Below, in pieces: positions 26,028 through 35,491 of a stretch of 64,000 nt of DNA; positions within the stretch are counted from its first letter, which is position 1, and every line of letters starts with the position of its first letter. The translations under genes were made by a program, and so were the position numbers. The stretch comes from Sphingomonadales bacterium (GTDB lineage: Bacteria > Pseudomonadota > Alphaproteobacteria > Sphingomonadales > Sphingomonadaceae): positions 553 through 64,552 of the forward strand of contig JAIXZK010000144.1 in assembly GCA_027489695.1 (NCBI GenBank). Reading direction: 5' to 3'. The notes beneath the pieces were generated by a model that had not been told where the DNA came from, did not search any database, and saw only the letters and a list, made by a program, of their open reading frames with translations.

Positions 26028-27509
26028 GTGGCGCAGTACCGGTTGTCGGCACAGGTGGTGAAGCGGTCGGACGGCCGCAGCGCCGTTGCGGCTGCTGCTT
26101 ATCGTGCCGGCGAACGACTGATCGACCGTCGCCTCGAGATGGCCTTCGACTACACGCGGCGGGGCGGGGTCGAGCACAGCGAGATCATGCTGCCAGCGGG
26201 CGCGCCAGAGCGCTTTGCCGATCGTTCGACGTTGTGGAACGCCGTCGAAGCGGCCGAGCGCCGCAGCGACGCCCAGGTGGCGCGCGAGGTGCAGGTGTCG
26301 CTGCCGCACGAGCTCGACTTTGCGCAGCGCCAGGCGCTGCTGCGCGAGTTTGTCGAGACCAACTTCACAGCCAAGGGCATGATCGCCGATGTGGCAATGC
26401 ACACGCCCGACGCGCATGGCGACGATCGCAACTTTCACGCGCATATCCTGCTGACGACACGCGGGCTCGAGGGTGACGAGTTCGGCGCCAAGATCCGCGA
26501 CTGGAACAGCCGCGAGACGCTGCAGGAATGGCGAGCGTCATGGGCCGATATCCAGAACTGGCACCTGGCTCAGGCGCTTGGCGACGATGCGCCGACGGTC
26601 ACGCATCTAAGCCTTGCCGACCGCTTCATCGACCGCGAGGCGACGGTGCATCTGGGGCCAAAGGCCAGCGCCATCGAGCGCAAGGGCGAGCGCAGCGACC
26701 GCGGCGACATCAACCGGGCGGTGGCCGCCGACAATGACCGGCGGGCGTCGGCATCGCGCACAATTCGTGGGGCTGACGACGCGCGGACAGCGGCCGGCGA
26801 CCATGTTCCGACCAGCCCGCAAGGGCTCGCCGACGAGCTGAAGGCGTTGCAGGGCGACATGGTCAGGGTGCGGGCCACATGGCAGGCCGAGCGTGCGGCA
26901 ATAGCGATGCCGAAGGTCGTCAAGGCGAGCGAGGTAAGGTCGGAAATTCTGGGTCCGGCACTACGCGAACGCGCGGCAGCAATGCACCGGCTGAAGCGCA
27001 CCGAGGACCGGGTCGCAGCGATCGGCGCGAAGCGTACCAGCCTTTCCAGCTTCATTGCCAACCCGGCGCGGGCAGTATGGGCCAAGATCAAGGAAGTTCA
27101 TGCCCTCGATCGCGCCAAGGCCGAGCTGAAGCGGGCCCGACTCGGGGTCCAGGTGCGCGAACAATGGCTGCGATCGGCCGCCGGCCAAGCCTATGTTCTC
27201 GACAAAGTCGACCGGTCGCTGGCAGCGGCGCAGCCGGCACGGACCATGGCGCGCACCCTCGACCGCAAGATCGCGCGGCTCGACAAACGGATCGAGGTGG
27301 TCGGCAAGGTGCGGGTCAAGGCGGCAGTCGCGCACGAGCTTGGGGTAGCGGCGGTGGCGAGACCGGTCGCGCCGGCCAATCCGACTCAGCTGATCCGAGC
27401 TGTCGACAACCAGTTGATGCAGCTGCTCGGCGGTTTTGCGCCGGCACGGCGCCAGCAGGCCATGGAGGCAGTCGCGTCGCGCGACCGGGGCAGGGGGATG
27501 GGGCGGTAG
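26028..27509 (+). CDS. MobQ-family relaxase (MobA/MobL domain)
   Basis: GTG 26028 follows GGGGA. Motifs: SAVAAAAYRAGERL (catalytic Tyr region), HTPDAHGDDRNFHAHILLT (His triad), then a coiled-coil tail. Confidence 0.85.
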   Translation: MAQYRLSAQVVKRSDGRSAVAAAAYRAGERLIDRRLEMAFDYTRRGGVEHSEIMLPAGAPERFADRSTLWNAVEAAERRSDAQVAREVQVSLPHELDFAQRQALLREFVETNFTAKGMIADVAMHTPDAHGDDRNFHAHILLTTRGLEGDEFGAKIRDWNSRETLQEWRASWADIQNWHLAQALGDDAPTVTHLSLADRFIDREATVHLGPKASAIERKGERSDRGDINRAVAADNDRRASASRTIRGADDARTAAGDHVPTSPQGLADELKALQGDMVRVRATWQAERAAIAMPKVVKASEVRSEILGPALRERAAAMHRLKRTEDRVAAIGAKRTSLSSFIANPARAVWAKIKEVHALDRAKAELKRARLGVQVREQWLRSAAGQAYVLDKVDRSLAAAQPARTMARTLDRKIARLDKRIEVVGKVRVKAAVAHELGVAAVARPVAPANPTQLIRAVDNQLMQLLGGFAPARRQQAMEAVASRDRGRGMGR

Positions 27510-27653
27510 TCTCGCCGAACCGCCGGCAAATCAAGTTGATCGCCTCCAACTCAGGTCGTCGCAAATCGGACCGAAGCGGGCACAGAAGGGATTGCAGCAC
27601 GAATCCAAAGCGTTGATCCTGTGCGACCGCAAGCCGAAACAGGCAGGTCGGCA

Positions 27654-29588
27654 ATGGTCCGCAAGCGCAACACGTCCTTGATGCTGGCCGCCGGGGTCGC
27701 CCTGGCGGCGCTGGCGCTGTCCGCCGGAACCCAGAGCGTCGCGCACAGCATGGGGTATCCGCATGCATTCGGCGACGGCATCGCCGATCTTGGGCGCCAC
27801 CGAATCTATGCGCCGTGGTCGATCATCTCCTGGTCGCAAACCTGGGGGGAGCGTTATCCGAAAAGGTTCGCGTCGGCCGAGGCGCTGGCGTTCGGCAGCT
27901 TCGCGCTGCCGGCGTTGATGGCGATCGGTTTCTCCCGCAAACGCCAGCGGCGTTCAGCGAAGTTCGGCGAAGACGCCTGGGGCGACGAGGCCGACCTCGA
28001 CGCCGCCGGGCTGATCGATGCCAAGCAGCGACCGGTCGGTCGCGTCATCGGCAGCGCCGGCGGCAAGCGCCTGACCTATCGCGGCATCGAGCACAGCATT
28101 GTCATCGGTGCATCGCGATCGGGCAAGGGCGTCGGCCACGTCATCCCGACCGCTCTGAGCTGGCCCGACAGCCTGTTCGTCTACGACCGCAAGGGTGAAA
28201 TCTGGCACATCACCGCCGACCATCGCGGCAAGTTCAGCCACTGCTTTTACTTCGCGCCGACCGATCCGAACACGGCGCGCTGGAACCCGCTGTTCGAGGT
28301 GCGCAAGGGCCCGAGCGAGATCGCCGACATCCAGAATATCGTCAACATCCTAGTCGACCCCGAAGGCACCAAGGCCGGCAACCTCAGTTTCTGGGACCAG
28401 TCGGCCGCCCAGTTCTTCGTCGGCGTCATCCTCCACGTGCTCTACACCGCCGAGGATCGCGACAAGACGCTGGCGCATGTCCGGACGCTGCTCCTCGACA
28501 TCAAGCCGACGCTCGACGCGATGCTGTCGACCCGGCACCGCTGGCGGCCGGACCCTTCCCAGCCCGACGGGCTGGCTCGCGACGCGGCCGGCGAGCACAT
28601 CGCCGAGATCCATCCTGAAATCCGCCTTGGCGCAACGGCATTCGCCAACATGGAGGACCGGGTGCGTTCCGGGGTGCTGGCGACCGCACAGGCGGCGCTG
28701 GCGCTGTTCGCCGACCCGCAGGTGGCACAAGCCACCAGCTGGTCTGACTTCGCCATTGGCGACCTTGTCTGCTCGAAGAATCCGGTCAGCTTCTACCTGA
28801 CGACACCGCAGGCGCACGCCGACCGTCTGGCGTTCCTCGTCCGCGTCATGCTGCGCCAGTCAATCAACAGCCTCATGGAGAATATCGACCGCGACAGCCG
28901 CGGCCGCGCCAAGCGCCACCGCCTGCTGCTAATGCTCGACGAGTTTCCGAAACTCGGGGCGCTGCCGTTCCTCGAGAATGCCCTCGGCGAAATGGCCGGC
29001 TATGGCATCACCGCCCAGCTGTTCTGCCAGAGCTTCAGCGACGTCTTCGCCCGCTACGGTGTCCACAGCGCAATATTCGACAACATGCACATCACCGTGG
29101 CGTTCGCGACCAGCGAGCCGGGCTCGATCGAGCGGGTCATCAAGCGGGCAGGGCGGTCGCTCGAGTATCGCCCGAGCTACAGCGATCCCCGTACACTGCT
29201 CGACAAGGGCCATCGCAGCACATCGCTCGCCGAACAGGAACGGTTCATCCTCGCCGAACAGGACGTCCGGGGTCTGCCGGCGAACCGGCAGTTCGTGTTC
29301 GTCAACGGCGCCAAGCCGTTCGTCACCGACAAGATACGGCATTTCGAAGATCCGGTGTTTCGGAAGATGGCGGTGGATTTTCATCATGGCGAGCTGGCAG
29401 CGTTCGAACAGACGCCGGAGACACTCGACGTGCCCGGGCGTCCGCCTGTCGACTGGATCGGCGTTCGGGCCGTAGCAGGGCCAACGACGTCCAACGCGCC
29501 GACGGGTGTTGTAACATCTCAGGCCGAGACCGACCGATTTCTGTTTGCCGCAGCCGGTGACGATGACGACGGTGCAGGGGGGTCGTAA
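27654..29588 (+). CDS. traG: Type IV coupling protein TraG/VirD4
   Basis: N-terminal TM segments, Walker A GASRSGKGVG, and LLLMLDEF (Walker B). Confidence 0.9.
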   Translation: MVRKRNTSLMLAAGVALAALALSAGTQSVAHSMGYPHAFGDGIADLGRHRIYAPWSIISWSQTWGERYPKRFASAEALAFGSFALPALMAIGFSRKRQRRSAKFGEDAWGDEADLDAAGLIDAKQRPVGRVIGSAGGKRLTYRGIEHSIVIGASRSGKGVGHVIPTALSWPDSLFVYDRKGEIWHITADHRGKFSHCFYFAPTDPNTARWNPLFEVRKGPSEIADIQNIVNILVDPEGTKAGNLSFWDQSAAQFFVGVILHVLYTAEDRDKTLAHVRTLLLDIKPTLDAMLSTRHRWRPDPSQPDGLARDAAGEHIAEIHPEIRLGATAFANMEDRVRSGVLATAQAALALFADPQVAQATSWSDFAIGDLVCSKNPVSFYLTTPQAHADRLAFLVRVMLRQSINSLMENIDRDSRGRAKRHRLLLMLDEFPKLGALPFLENALGEMAGYGITAQLFCQSFSDVFARYGVHSAIFDNMHITVAFATSEPGSIERVIKRAGRSLEYRPSYSDPRTLLDKGHRSTSLAEQERFILAEQDVRGLPANRQFVFVNGAKPFVTDKIRHFEDPVFRKMAVDFHHGELAAFEQTPETLDVPGRPPVDWIGVRAVAGPTTSNAPTGVVTSQAETDRFLFAAAGDDDDGAGGS

Positions 29589-30544
29589 TGGAATCCAATC
29601 TCGTCTCGATCGACCGCAAGGCCACTGCGCTCCGCCAGGCGATGGGTCCGGTGATCGCCGAGGCGCTTGCCGACCAGCGGGTGGTCGAGGTTATGGTCAA
29701 TCCCGACGGCAAGATCTGGATTGATCGGATCGGGGAGGGGCGGTCGTTTACCGGCGAGCGCCTGGCGCCCGCCGATGCCGAGCGAATCTTGCGCCTCTTG
29801 GCCGATCATGCCGGCGAGGTCGTCACCCGCGATCGGCCGCGGGTCAGCGCGACGCTGCCGCAGACCGGCGAGCGCTTCCAGGGTGCGTTCATGCCGGTGG
29901 TAAGCGCGCCGACCTTTGCGATTCGCAAGCGCCCCGAGATCATCTTCGGGCTCGATAGCTATGTCGAGAACGGCAGCATGTCTGAGGCACAGGCCGAGGC
30001 GATCCGCGCCGCCGTCATCGCCCGCGAAAACCTGCTGATCGTTGGCGGCACAGGGTCGGGCAAAACGACGTTAGCCAACGCGGTCCTTGCGGAGCCGGCG
30101 TTCGCCAAGGACCGGGTGTTTCTTCTCGAGGATACCGCAGAGTTGCAATGCTCGGCGGCCGACAAGGTCGAGCTGCTGACCAAGCGCGGCGACCCGCCGG
30201 TGACGATGGCCGATCTCGTGCGCGACACCATGCGACTGCGGCCAGACCGCATCGTCATCGGCGAAGTCCGCGACGGCTCGGCGCTCGATATCCTAAAGGC
30301 CTGGAATACTGGACACCCGGGCGGCTTGGCGACGCTTCACGCCAACAGTGCGCGGGAGGGCCTGGCGCGGCTCGAGGATCTGATCGGCGAGGTGACCCAG
30401 CAGATTCCTAATCGAGCCATCGCGCAGGCTATTAGCCTGATCATCTTCATCGAGCGAACGGTTGCGGGAAGGCGAGTCGCGACGGTAGCGCGGATGCGCG
30501 GTCGGAAGGATGACAATTACGATCTTGACGAGCTGACGCACTGA
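29588..30544 (+). CDS. trbB: TrbB/VirB11-family secretion ATPase
   Basis: LIVGGTGSGKTTL, RPDRIVIGEVR and GHPG. Its start overlaps the traG stop. Confidence 0.9.
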   Translation: MESNLVSIDRKATALRQAMGPVIAEALADQRVVEVMVNPDGKIWIDRIGEGRSFTGERLAPADAERILRLLADHAGEVVTRDRPRVSATLPQTGERFQGAFMPVVSAPTFAIRKRPEIIFGLDSYVENGSMSEAQAEAIRAAVIARENLLIVGGTGSGKTTLANAVLAEPAFAKDRVFLLEDTAELQCSAADKVELLTKRGDPPVTMADLVRDTMRLRPDRIVIGEVRDGSALDILKAWNTGHPGGLATLHANSAREGLARLEDLIGEVTQQIPNRAIAQAISLIIFIERTVAGRRVATVARMRGRKDDNYDLDELTH

Positions 30545-30876
30545 ATTTGCTAAAGTTTAAGAACTGCCAACAGATAATCAGTGTCGCATTTGCGGAGTGT
30601 CACTGCTTACTTGGTAGAAATATGAACAGTCTCAACAGTGGCACAGTTGATAGCCTGTAAACAGCGATTCAACTCGCCGCATTTCGCGGTGCTGCGTCAA
30701 AGAAAATGCTGGATTTCTGACTCGACGAGCATAGCCTTGGTCATCCGGTGAGGCCGGATCAACGGCGCCCGGTGGCCGCAAAAGCCAAATGGATGAGTGT
30801 ATTACCCTGTTTCACGGGGAGTGTTGCTTATGCGTATGACACAAAATGTGTGTCGCCAGTCCACGAAGCGGCCGGT

Positions 30877-31056
30877 CTATTTCCGGGGCTTCGGCGACGC
30901 GGAATCGTTGGGCGCCGCCATGCCCAAAATGATCAGCGACCGGATTGCTTCCGAGCGCGACCAGATGCGGCGGTCGGCGCGCCAGGCATCGAGGGCGTCG
31001 ATGTCCGCAGGGCTCATCAAGAGCGTAACGCGCACGTCCTTTTTCTCCATGTTCAT
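30877..31056 (-). CDS. Small ribbon-helix-helix (CopG/Arc-like) protein, 59 aa, not in the ORF track
   Basis: My own reverse-complement translation: MNMEKKDVRVTLLMSPADIDALDAWRADRRIWSRSEAIRSLIILGMAAPNDSASPKPRK. It shows the beta-strand, helix, SRSEAIR, helix pattern. The RBS is weak. Confidence 0.58.
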   Translation of the reverse strand: MNMEKKDVRVTLLMSPADIDALDAWRADRRIWSRSEAIRSLIILGMAAPNDSASPKPRK

Positions 31057-31187
31057 CGAATGCCCGACACACGCTTGTGTCGCAAACTGCGTCGTATTAT
31101 AAACATTATAATGTTGAGGATATTTAGCACAGTTTCTTCAGACTGAAACAGCCCGGATCGACACGGTCCTTATCGAGGAGGAAGGCC

Positions 31188-31508
31188 ATGAGAATTGCTC
31201 GTCATACCTTGATCGTTCGCCTGACAGCGGCATCGCTGCTCTGTGCGCTGGCCTCGCCGGCGCTCGCCGCAGGCGCTGGCATGCCGTGGGAAGCGCCGCT
31301 GACCCAGATCGCCGACTCGTTGACCGGCCCGGTTGCCCGAGTTGCCGGCATTATCGCCATCGTGCTGACCGGCCTCGGCTTCGCGTTCTCGGACGGCGGC
31401 GGCACGCTGCGCCGGATGATGGGCATCGTCTTCGGTCTCGCCATCGCGTTCAGCGCCGCGACCTTCTTCCTGCCACTGTTCGGGTTTGCCGGCGGGGCGG
31501 GGTTCTGA
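31188..31508 (+). CDS. trbC: TrbC/VirB2 pilin
   Basis: Signal peptide plus two hydrophobic helices, ending GFAGGAGF. Confidence 0.85.
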   Translation: MRIARHTLIVRLTAASLLCALASPALAAGAGMPWEAPLTQIADSLTGPVARVAGIIAIVLTGLGFAFSDGGGTLRRMMGIVFGLAIAFSAATFFLPLFGFAGGAGF

Positions 31509-31510
31509 CC

Positions 31511-31780
31511 ATGGCCGACCGGCACGCCATCGACGGCTTCGAGGTGCCGTTTCACAACAGCCTCGCCGAGCCTATCCAGTTCGGCGGCGTGCCGCGGGTC
31601 TTTGCCATCGTGAACGGCGTCTTTGCCGCCGTGCTGACGCTGAGCCTTGGCGTGTGGTGGCTGGGGCTGCCGGTCGGCATCGGGCTGCATCTCGTCGCCT
31701 ATGCGCTGACCAAACGCGACCCATACTTCTTCGCGGTGCTCAACCGCCATCTTCGGCAAAAGCCGTATCTGGATGCCTGA
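31511..31780 (+). CDS. trbD: TrbD/VirB3
   Basis: 89 aa with FGGVPRVFAIVNG. ATG lies 3 nt after the trbC stop. Confidence 0.8.
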   Translation: MADRHAIDGFEVPFHNSLAEPIQFGGVPRVFAIVNGVFAAVLTLSLGVWWLGLPVGIGLHLVAYALTKRDPYFFAVLNRHLRQKPYLDA

Positions 31781-31783
31781 GCC

Positions 31784-34267
31784 ATGTTCAATCTCAGAGA
31801 GTATCGCGGCACCGCCGATCGCCTGATCGATCACCTGCCCTGGGCAGCGCTGATCGGGCCGGGTGTGGTGCTCAACAAGGACGGCGCGTTTCAGAAGACG
31901 CTGGCGTTCCGCGGGCCGGACCTTGCCAGCTCGACGCAGTCGAGCCTGATCTCGGCGCGGGCCCAGCTCAACAATGCCTTGCGGCGGCTTGGATCGCGCT
32001 GGTGTCTGCATGTCGAGGCGCGGCGGACGTCGGCGCTGGCCTATCCCGACAGCCGGTTCCCCGATCCGGTGTCGCAGCTGATCGACGAGGAGCGGCGCGC
32101 TGCGTTCGAGGCCGAGGGCTCGCACTATGAGAGCCGCTACTATCTGACCTTCACCTATCTGCCGCCCGAACAGAACATTGGCCGTGCAAGCGCGCTGGTG
32201 ATCGAGAACGCGCCGAGCGGGCAGGGGCCCGACGGCATGTACCGCATCGCCCTGCGCGACTTTCAGTCGGTGGTGCGCCAGGTCGGCGACATCCTCGCCG
32301 GCTTCATGCCCGAAATCCACGAGCTCAGCGATGACGAGACCCTGTCATATCTGCACGCCTGCATCTCGACGAAGCGCCACCTGGTCAGTTGCCCCGACGT
32401 GCCGGTCTATCTCGACTCGCTGCTGACCGACGACGATTTCCAGGCCGGGCTGTCGCCCAAGCTCGGCAACCAGTTCATCCGGACGATTTCTGTCCGCTCC
32501 TACCCGTCGACATCGACCCCGGGCATGCTCGATCGCCTCAACGCGCTGGGGCTGCCGTACCGGTGGGTGTGTCGATTCCTGCCGCTCGACAAGGAGGATG
32601 CCCGCGCTACCGTCGAGACAATCCGCAAGCGCTGGTTCGCCAAGCGGAAGGGCGTTGCGACGCTACTGAAAGAGGCGATCACCAAGGAGCCGTCGCCGCT
32701 CGAGGATTCGGATGCGGTCGCCAAGGCCCTCGATGCCGAGACCGCGATGATCGTGCTCGGAGGCGACAGCGCCGGCATGGGCTATTTCACGCCGACGATC
32801 ACCTTGATGGACGCCGATCCCGATCTGCTCGCAGCCCGGGTTCGCGAGGTCGAAGCCGCGATCAACCGCGCCGGCTTTGTCGCTCGCGTCGAGGACACCA
32901 ACGGCGTCGAGGCTTGGCTCGGCAGCCTGCCCGGTCATGCCTATGCCGATGTCCGGCGCCCGCTGGTCACCAGCCTCAACCTTTGCGACATGCTGCCGAT
33001 CAGCGCCAACTGGTCAGGGCCGACGTTCAACGCCCACCTGACCGATGAGGCGAGGAAGCGGGGTGGCACGGCCATCCAGCCACCGCTGCTCCACGCCCGC
33101 ACCGACGGCACAACACCGTTCAGGTTCGACCTCCACCAGGGCGATGTCGCGCACACGATGATCGTCGGCCCAACGGGGAGCGGCAAGTCGGTGCTGCTCA
33201 ACACCATCGCGCTGCAGTGGCTGCGCTACCCGCAAGCCCAGGTCTTCCTGTTCGACAAGGGCGCGTCGTCGCGCGCCGCCACCTTGCTCGCCGGTGGCAG
33301 CTTCCATTTCCTTGGCGGCGACCGCTCCGAGCTGGCGTTTCAGCCGCTCGCCGATCTCGACAGCGCCGAGGCGATGGCTTGGTCGCAGGAATGGCTGCTC
33401 GACATTGTTGCTGCCGAAGGCGTCACCGTCACGCCGCGGATTAAGGACGAGATCTGGACCGCACTGTGCAACCTGAAAGCCGGCCCGCGCGACCAGCGCA
33501 CGCTGACCCTGCTGGTCGCCACTATTCAGGACCAGGCGGTCAAGGGTGCGCTGCTGCCCTACACGCTCGCCGGCCCGCACGGCTATCTGCTCGATGCCGT
33601 CGAGGGCGTTGCCGAGCGGAGCCATTGGCAGACCTTCGAGATGGGCGCGCTCATGGAGAATAAGGCGGCGCTGGCGCCGGTCCTTACCTATCTGTTCCGC
33701 ACCCTCGAGCGCCGCTTCGACGGGCGGCCGACTTTGGTCATTCTCGACGAGGCCTGGCTGTTCCTCGACCATGGGAGCTTTGCCGCCCGCATCCGCGAAT
33801 GGTTGAAGACGCTCAGAAAACGCAACGTTGGCGTTGTCTTTGCCACCCAGAGTCTTGCCGACGTCATGTCGTCGACGATCGCGCCGGCGCTGATCGAAAG
33901 CTGCCCGACCCGGGTGTTCCTGCCCAATCCCGACGCGCAGACGCCGCAACTGGCGGCGCTCTACGACCAGTTCGGGCTCAACGAGCAGCAGGTCAGCATC
34001 ATCGCCCGCGGCAGCGCCAAGCGCGAATATTACTACCAGTCGCGTGCCGGCAACCGGCTGTTCGAGCTTGGCCTTGGCCCGGTGGCGCTTGCGGCGGTCG
34101 GCTCGGGTTCGCCGGCCGACCACCTGATGATGGACGAACTTCAGGCGCAGGACGGCGAAGATTTTCGGGCGCTGTTCTTTGCCGCCAAGGGGCTGCCCGA
34201 GGTCGCCGAGTTCCTGCGCCAGACCGGTGCGGGCACCGCTCCGGCCATGCAGGCGGCAGCCGCATGA
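31784..34267 (+). CDS. trbE: TrbE/VirB4 ATPase
   Basis: 827 aa. Walker A IVGPTGSGKSV and Walker B LVILDEAW. Confidence 0.95.
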   Translation: MFNLREYRGTADRLIDHLPWAALIGPGVVLNKDGAFQKTLAFRGPDLASSTQSSLISARAQLNNALRRLGSRWCLHVEARRTSALAYPDSRFPDPVSQLIDEERRAAFEAEGSHYESRYYLTFTYLPPEQNIGRASALVIENAPSGQGPDGMYRIALRDFQSVVRQVGDILAGFMPEIHELSDDETLSYLHACISTKRHLVSCPDVPVYLDSLLTDDDFQAGLSPKLGNQFIRTISVRSYPSTSTPGMLDRLNALGLPYRWVCRFLPLDKEDARATVETIRKRWFAKRKGVATLLKEAITKEPSPLEDSDAVAKALDAETAMIVLGGDSAGMGYFTPTITLMDADPDLLAARVREVEAAINRAGFVARVEDTNGVEAWLGSLPGHAYADVRRPLVTSLNLCDMLPISANWSGPTFNAHLTDEARKRGGTAIQPPLLHARTDGTTPFRFDLHQGDVAHTMIVGPTGSGKSVLLNTIALQWLRYPQAQVFLFDKGASSRAATLLAGGSFHFLGGDRSELAFQPLADLDSAEAMAWSQEWLLDIVAAEGVTVTPRIKDEIWTALCNLKAGPRDQRTLTLLVATIQDQAVKGALLPYTLAGPHGYLLDAVEGVAERSHWQTFEMGALMENKAALAPVLTYLFRTLERRFDGRPTLVILDEAWLFLDHGSFAARIREWLKTLRKRNVGVVFATQSLADVMSSTIAPALIESCPTRVFLPNPDAQTPQLAALYDQFGLNEQQVSIIARGSAKREYYYQSRAGNRLFELGLGPVALAAVGSGSPADHLMMDELQAQDGEDFRALFFAAKGLPEVAEFLRQTGAGTAPAMQAAAA

Positions 34268-34506
34268 TCGTCGCGCGCTTCCGGCAATGGGCGGCGGCAA
34301 GCCAGCGCCAGCAGCGCATTGCGCTTCTGGCCTGTGTGGCGCCGTTCTGGCTGGCGTTCGTCGCTGGCGCCCTGGCGCGCGTGCCGTTGCCACTGTTCAT
34401 CGGCGCCTTTGGCGTCGTGGCGATCGTCATCGCCTACCAGTTTCTCGGCCGGGACTTTCGGCGCGAGGAGCAACCCGAACCGTGGGAGACCTCGAATGAA
34501 CCGTAA
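34264..34506 (+). CDS. Small two-TM membrane protein (80 aa), unknown
   Basis: ATGA overlap with the trbE stop, and 11-nt overlap with trbJ. Sequence: IALLACVAPFWLAFVAGAL...LFIGAFGVVAIVIAY. Confidence 0.45.
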   Translation: MIVARFRQWAAASQRQQRIALLACVAPFWLAFVAGALARVPLPLFIGAFGVVAIVIAYQFLGRDFRREEQPEPWETSNEP

Positions 34507-35197
34507 GATCCATGCATCGGCGATCGCGCTGGCGATCGTCCTGGCCGCGCCACAGCCTGCTGCCGCGGCGCTGCCGGTCATCGACATCAAGGGTATCGCC
34601 CAGATGATCCAGCAAGTGAAGATCCAGAGCGACCAGCTGTTGCAGCTGAAGGCGCAGCTCTCGAGCCAATCCCAGATGCTCCAGCACCTAGGGACGGACA
34701 TCTCGCCGGAATTGGCGGGCATATTCAACGACGCCACTGCGGTCATGCAGAGCGCCAGCGGTATCGGCTACAATGCCAAGCTGCTGACCAGCCAGCTTAA
34801 CACTGTCTACCCGCAGAACTTCGCGGGCATGAACTATGCCCAGATCCTGGCGCAACAGAACGACTGGACCGCCCGTTCGCGCGACACGCGCCGCGAAGCG
34901 ATGGAAGCGCAGAACGCCATCTTCGCGAGCCAGACGACGACGCAATCGACGGTGTCGGGCGCCGTCGCGGCATCGCAGGGCGCTGCCGGGCAGACCGCAG
35001 CCATCCAGGCCACAAATCAGCTTCTTGCAGCGCTGTCGACGCAGCTGACAGGCCTCCAAACTCTGCTGATGACGCAGATGCGGGCAATGCAGACGATGGA
35101 AGCTGAGCGAGCCGGCATCCACGCGGCGTCCGTCAACCTGCAGCAGCAGGCGGCACAAACATCCACCCGCACCAACCAGGTTAATCGGCCATGGTAA
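34496..35197 (+). CDS. trbJ: TrbJ/VirB5-like
   Basis: Signal peptide, then LPVIDIKGIAQMIQQVKIQSDQLLQLKAQL. Confidence 0.85.
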   Translation: MNRKIHASAIALAIVLAAPQPAAAALPVIDIKGIAQMIQQVKIQSDQLLQLKAQLSSQSQMLQHLGTDISPELAGIFNDATAVMQSASGIGYNAKLLTSQLNTVYPQNFAGMNYAQILAQQNDWTARSRDTRREAMEAQNAIFASQTTTQSTVSGAVAASQGAAGQTAAIQATNQLLAALSTQLTGLQTLLMTQMRAMQTMEAERAGIHAASVNLQQQAAQTSTRTNQVNRPW

Positions 35198-35469
35198 CGA
35201 AGCCCGCCTATCGTCGATTGCCGGCGGCGGCTGCTCTTGCCGCTGCCATGGCTATGGCTTCGTGCAGTCCGCCGGCTCGCAGCACTTCTTACTTCGAGGC
35301 GCACCCCGAGGACGCCGCCAAGGTGGCGGCGAACTGCAAGGCCGGCGAAGCGCGAGGGGCCGAATGCGAATCCGCTGAAACAGCCATCACCAAAATGAAG
35401 TCCGTGCAGACGCAGGCCGACGCAACCCGGATGTCAAAGCGATCGGATCGCGTCGCCAGAAAATGGTGA
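35191..35469 (+). CDS. Small lipoprotein, TrbK-like entry-exclusion candidate
   Basis: Lipobox-like AMASC. It occupies the trbJ-trbL position of TrbK. Confidence 0.5.
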   Translation: MVTKPAYRRLPAAAALAAAMAMASCSPPARSTSYFEAHPEDAAKVAANCKAGEARGAECESAETAITKMKSVQTQADATRMSKRSDRVARKW

Positions 35470-35491
35470 GATACTAACGAGGACCCGTAAG

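Noticed and set aside
28553-28560. CCCTTCCC (GGGAAGGG on the bottom strand) as a counter-example to the polarity
   Set aside because: It fits the degenerate GGGNAGGG consensus in the wrong orientation. I restricted the claim to GGGCAGGG because I could not scan all N variants reliably by eye. It is kept as a caveat, not as evidence.
31095-31125. Second Xer/dif-like site around TATTATAAACATTATAATGTTGAGG
   Set aside because: It gives only a partial match to the XerD arm (about 7/11) and no convincing 11-6-11 layout. It is more likely promoter or operator sequence of the RHH/trbC divergent region.
30748-31146. Plus-strand ORFs 30748..31146 and 30797..31102
   Set aside because: They have no RBS or motifs. 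The opposite strand encodes a clean RHH fold, so I preferred the 59-aa minus-strand gene. Confidence in this choice is only moderate.
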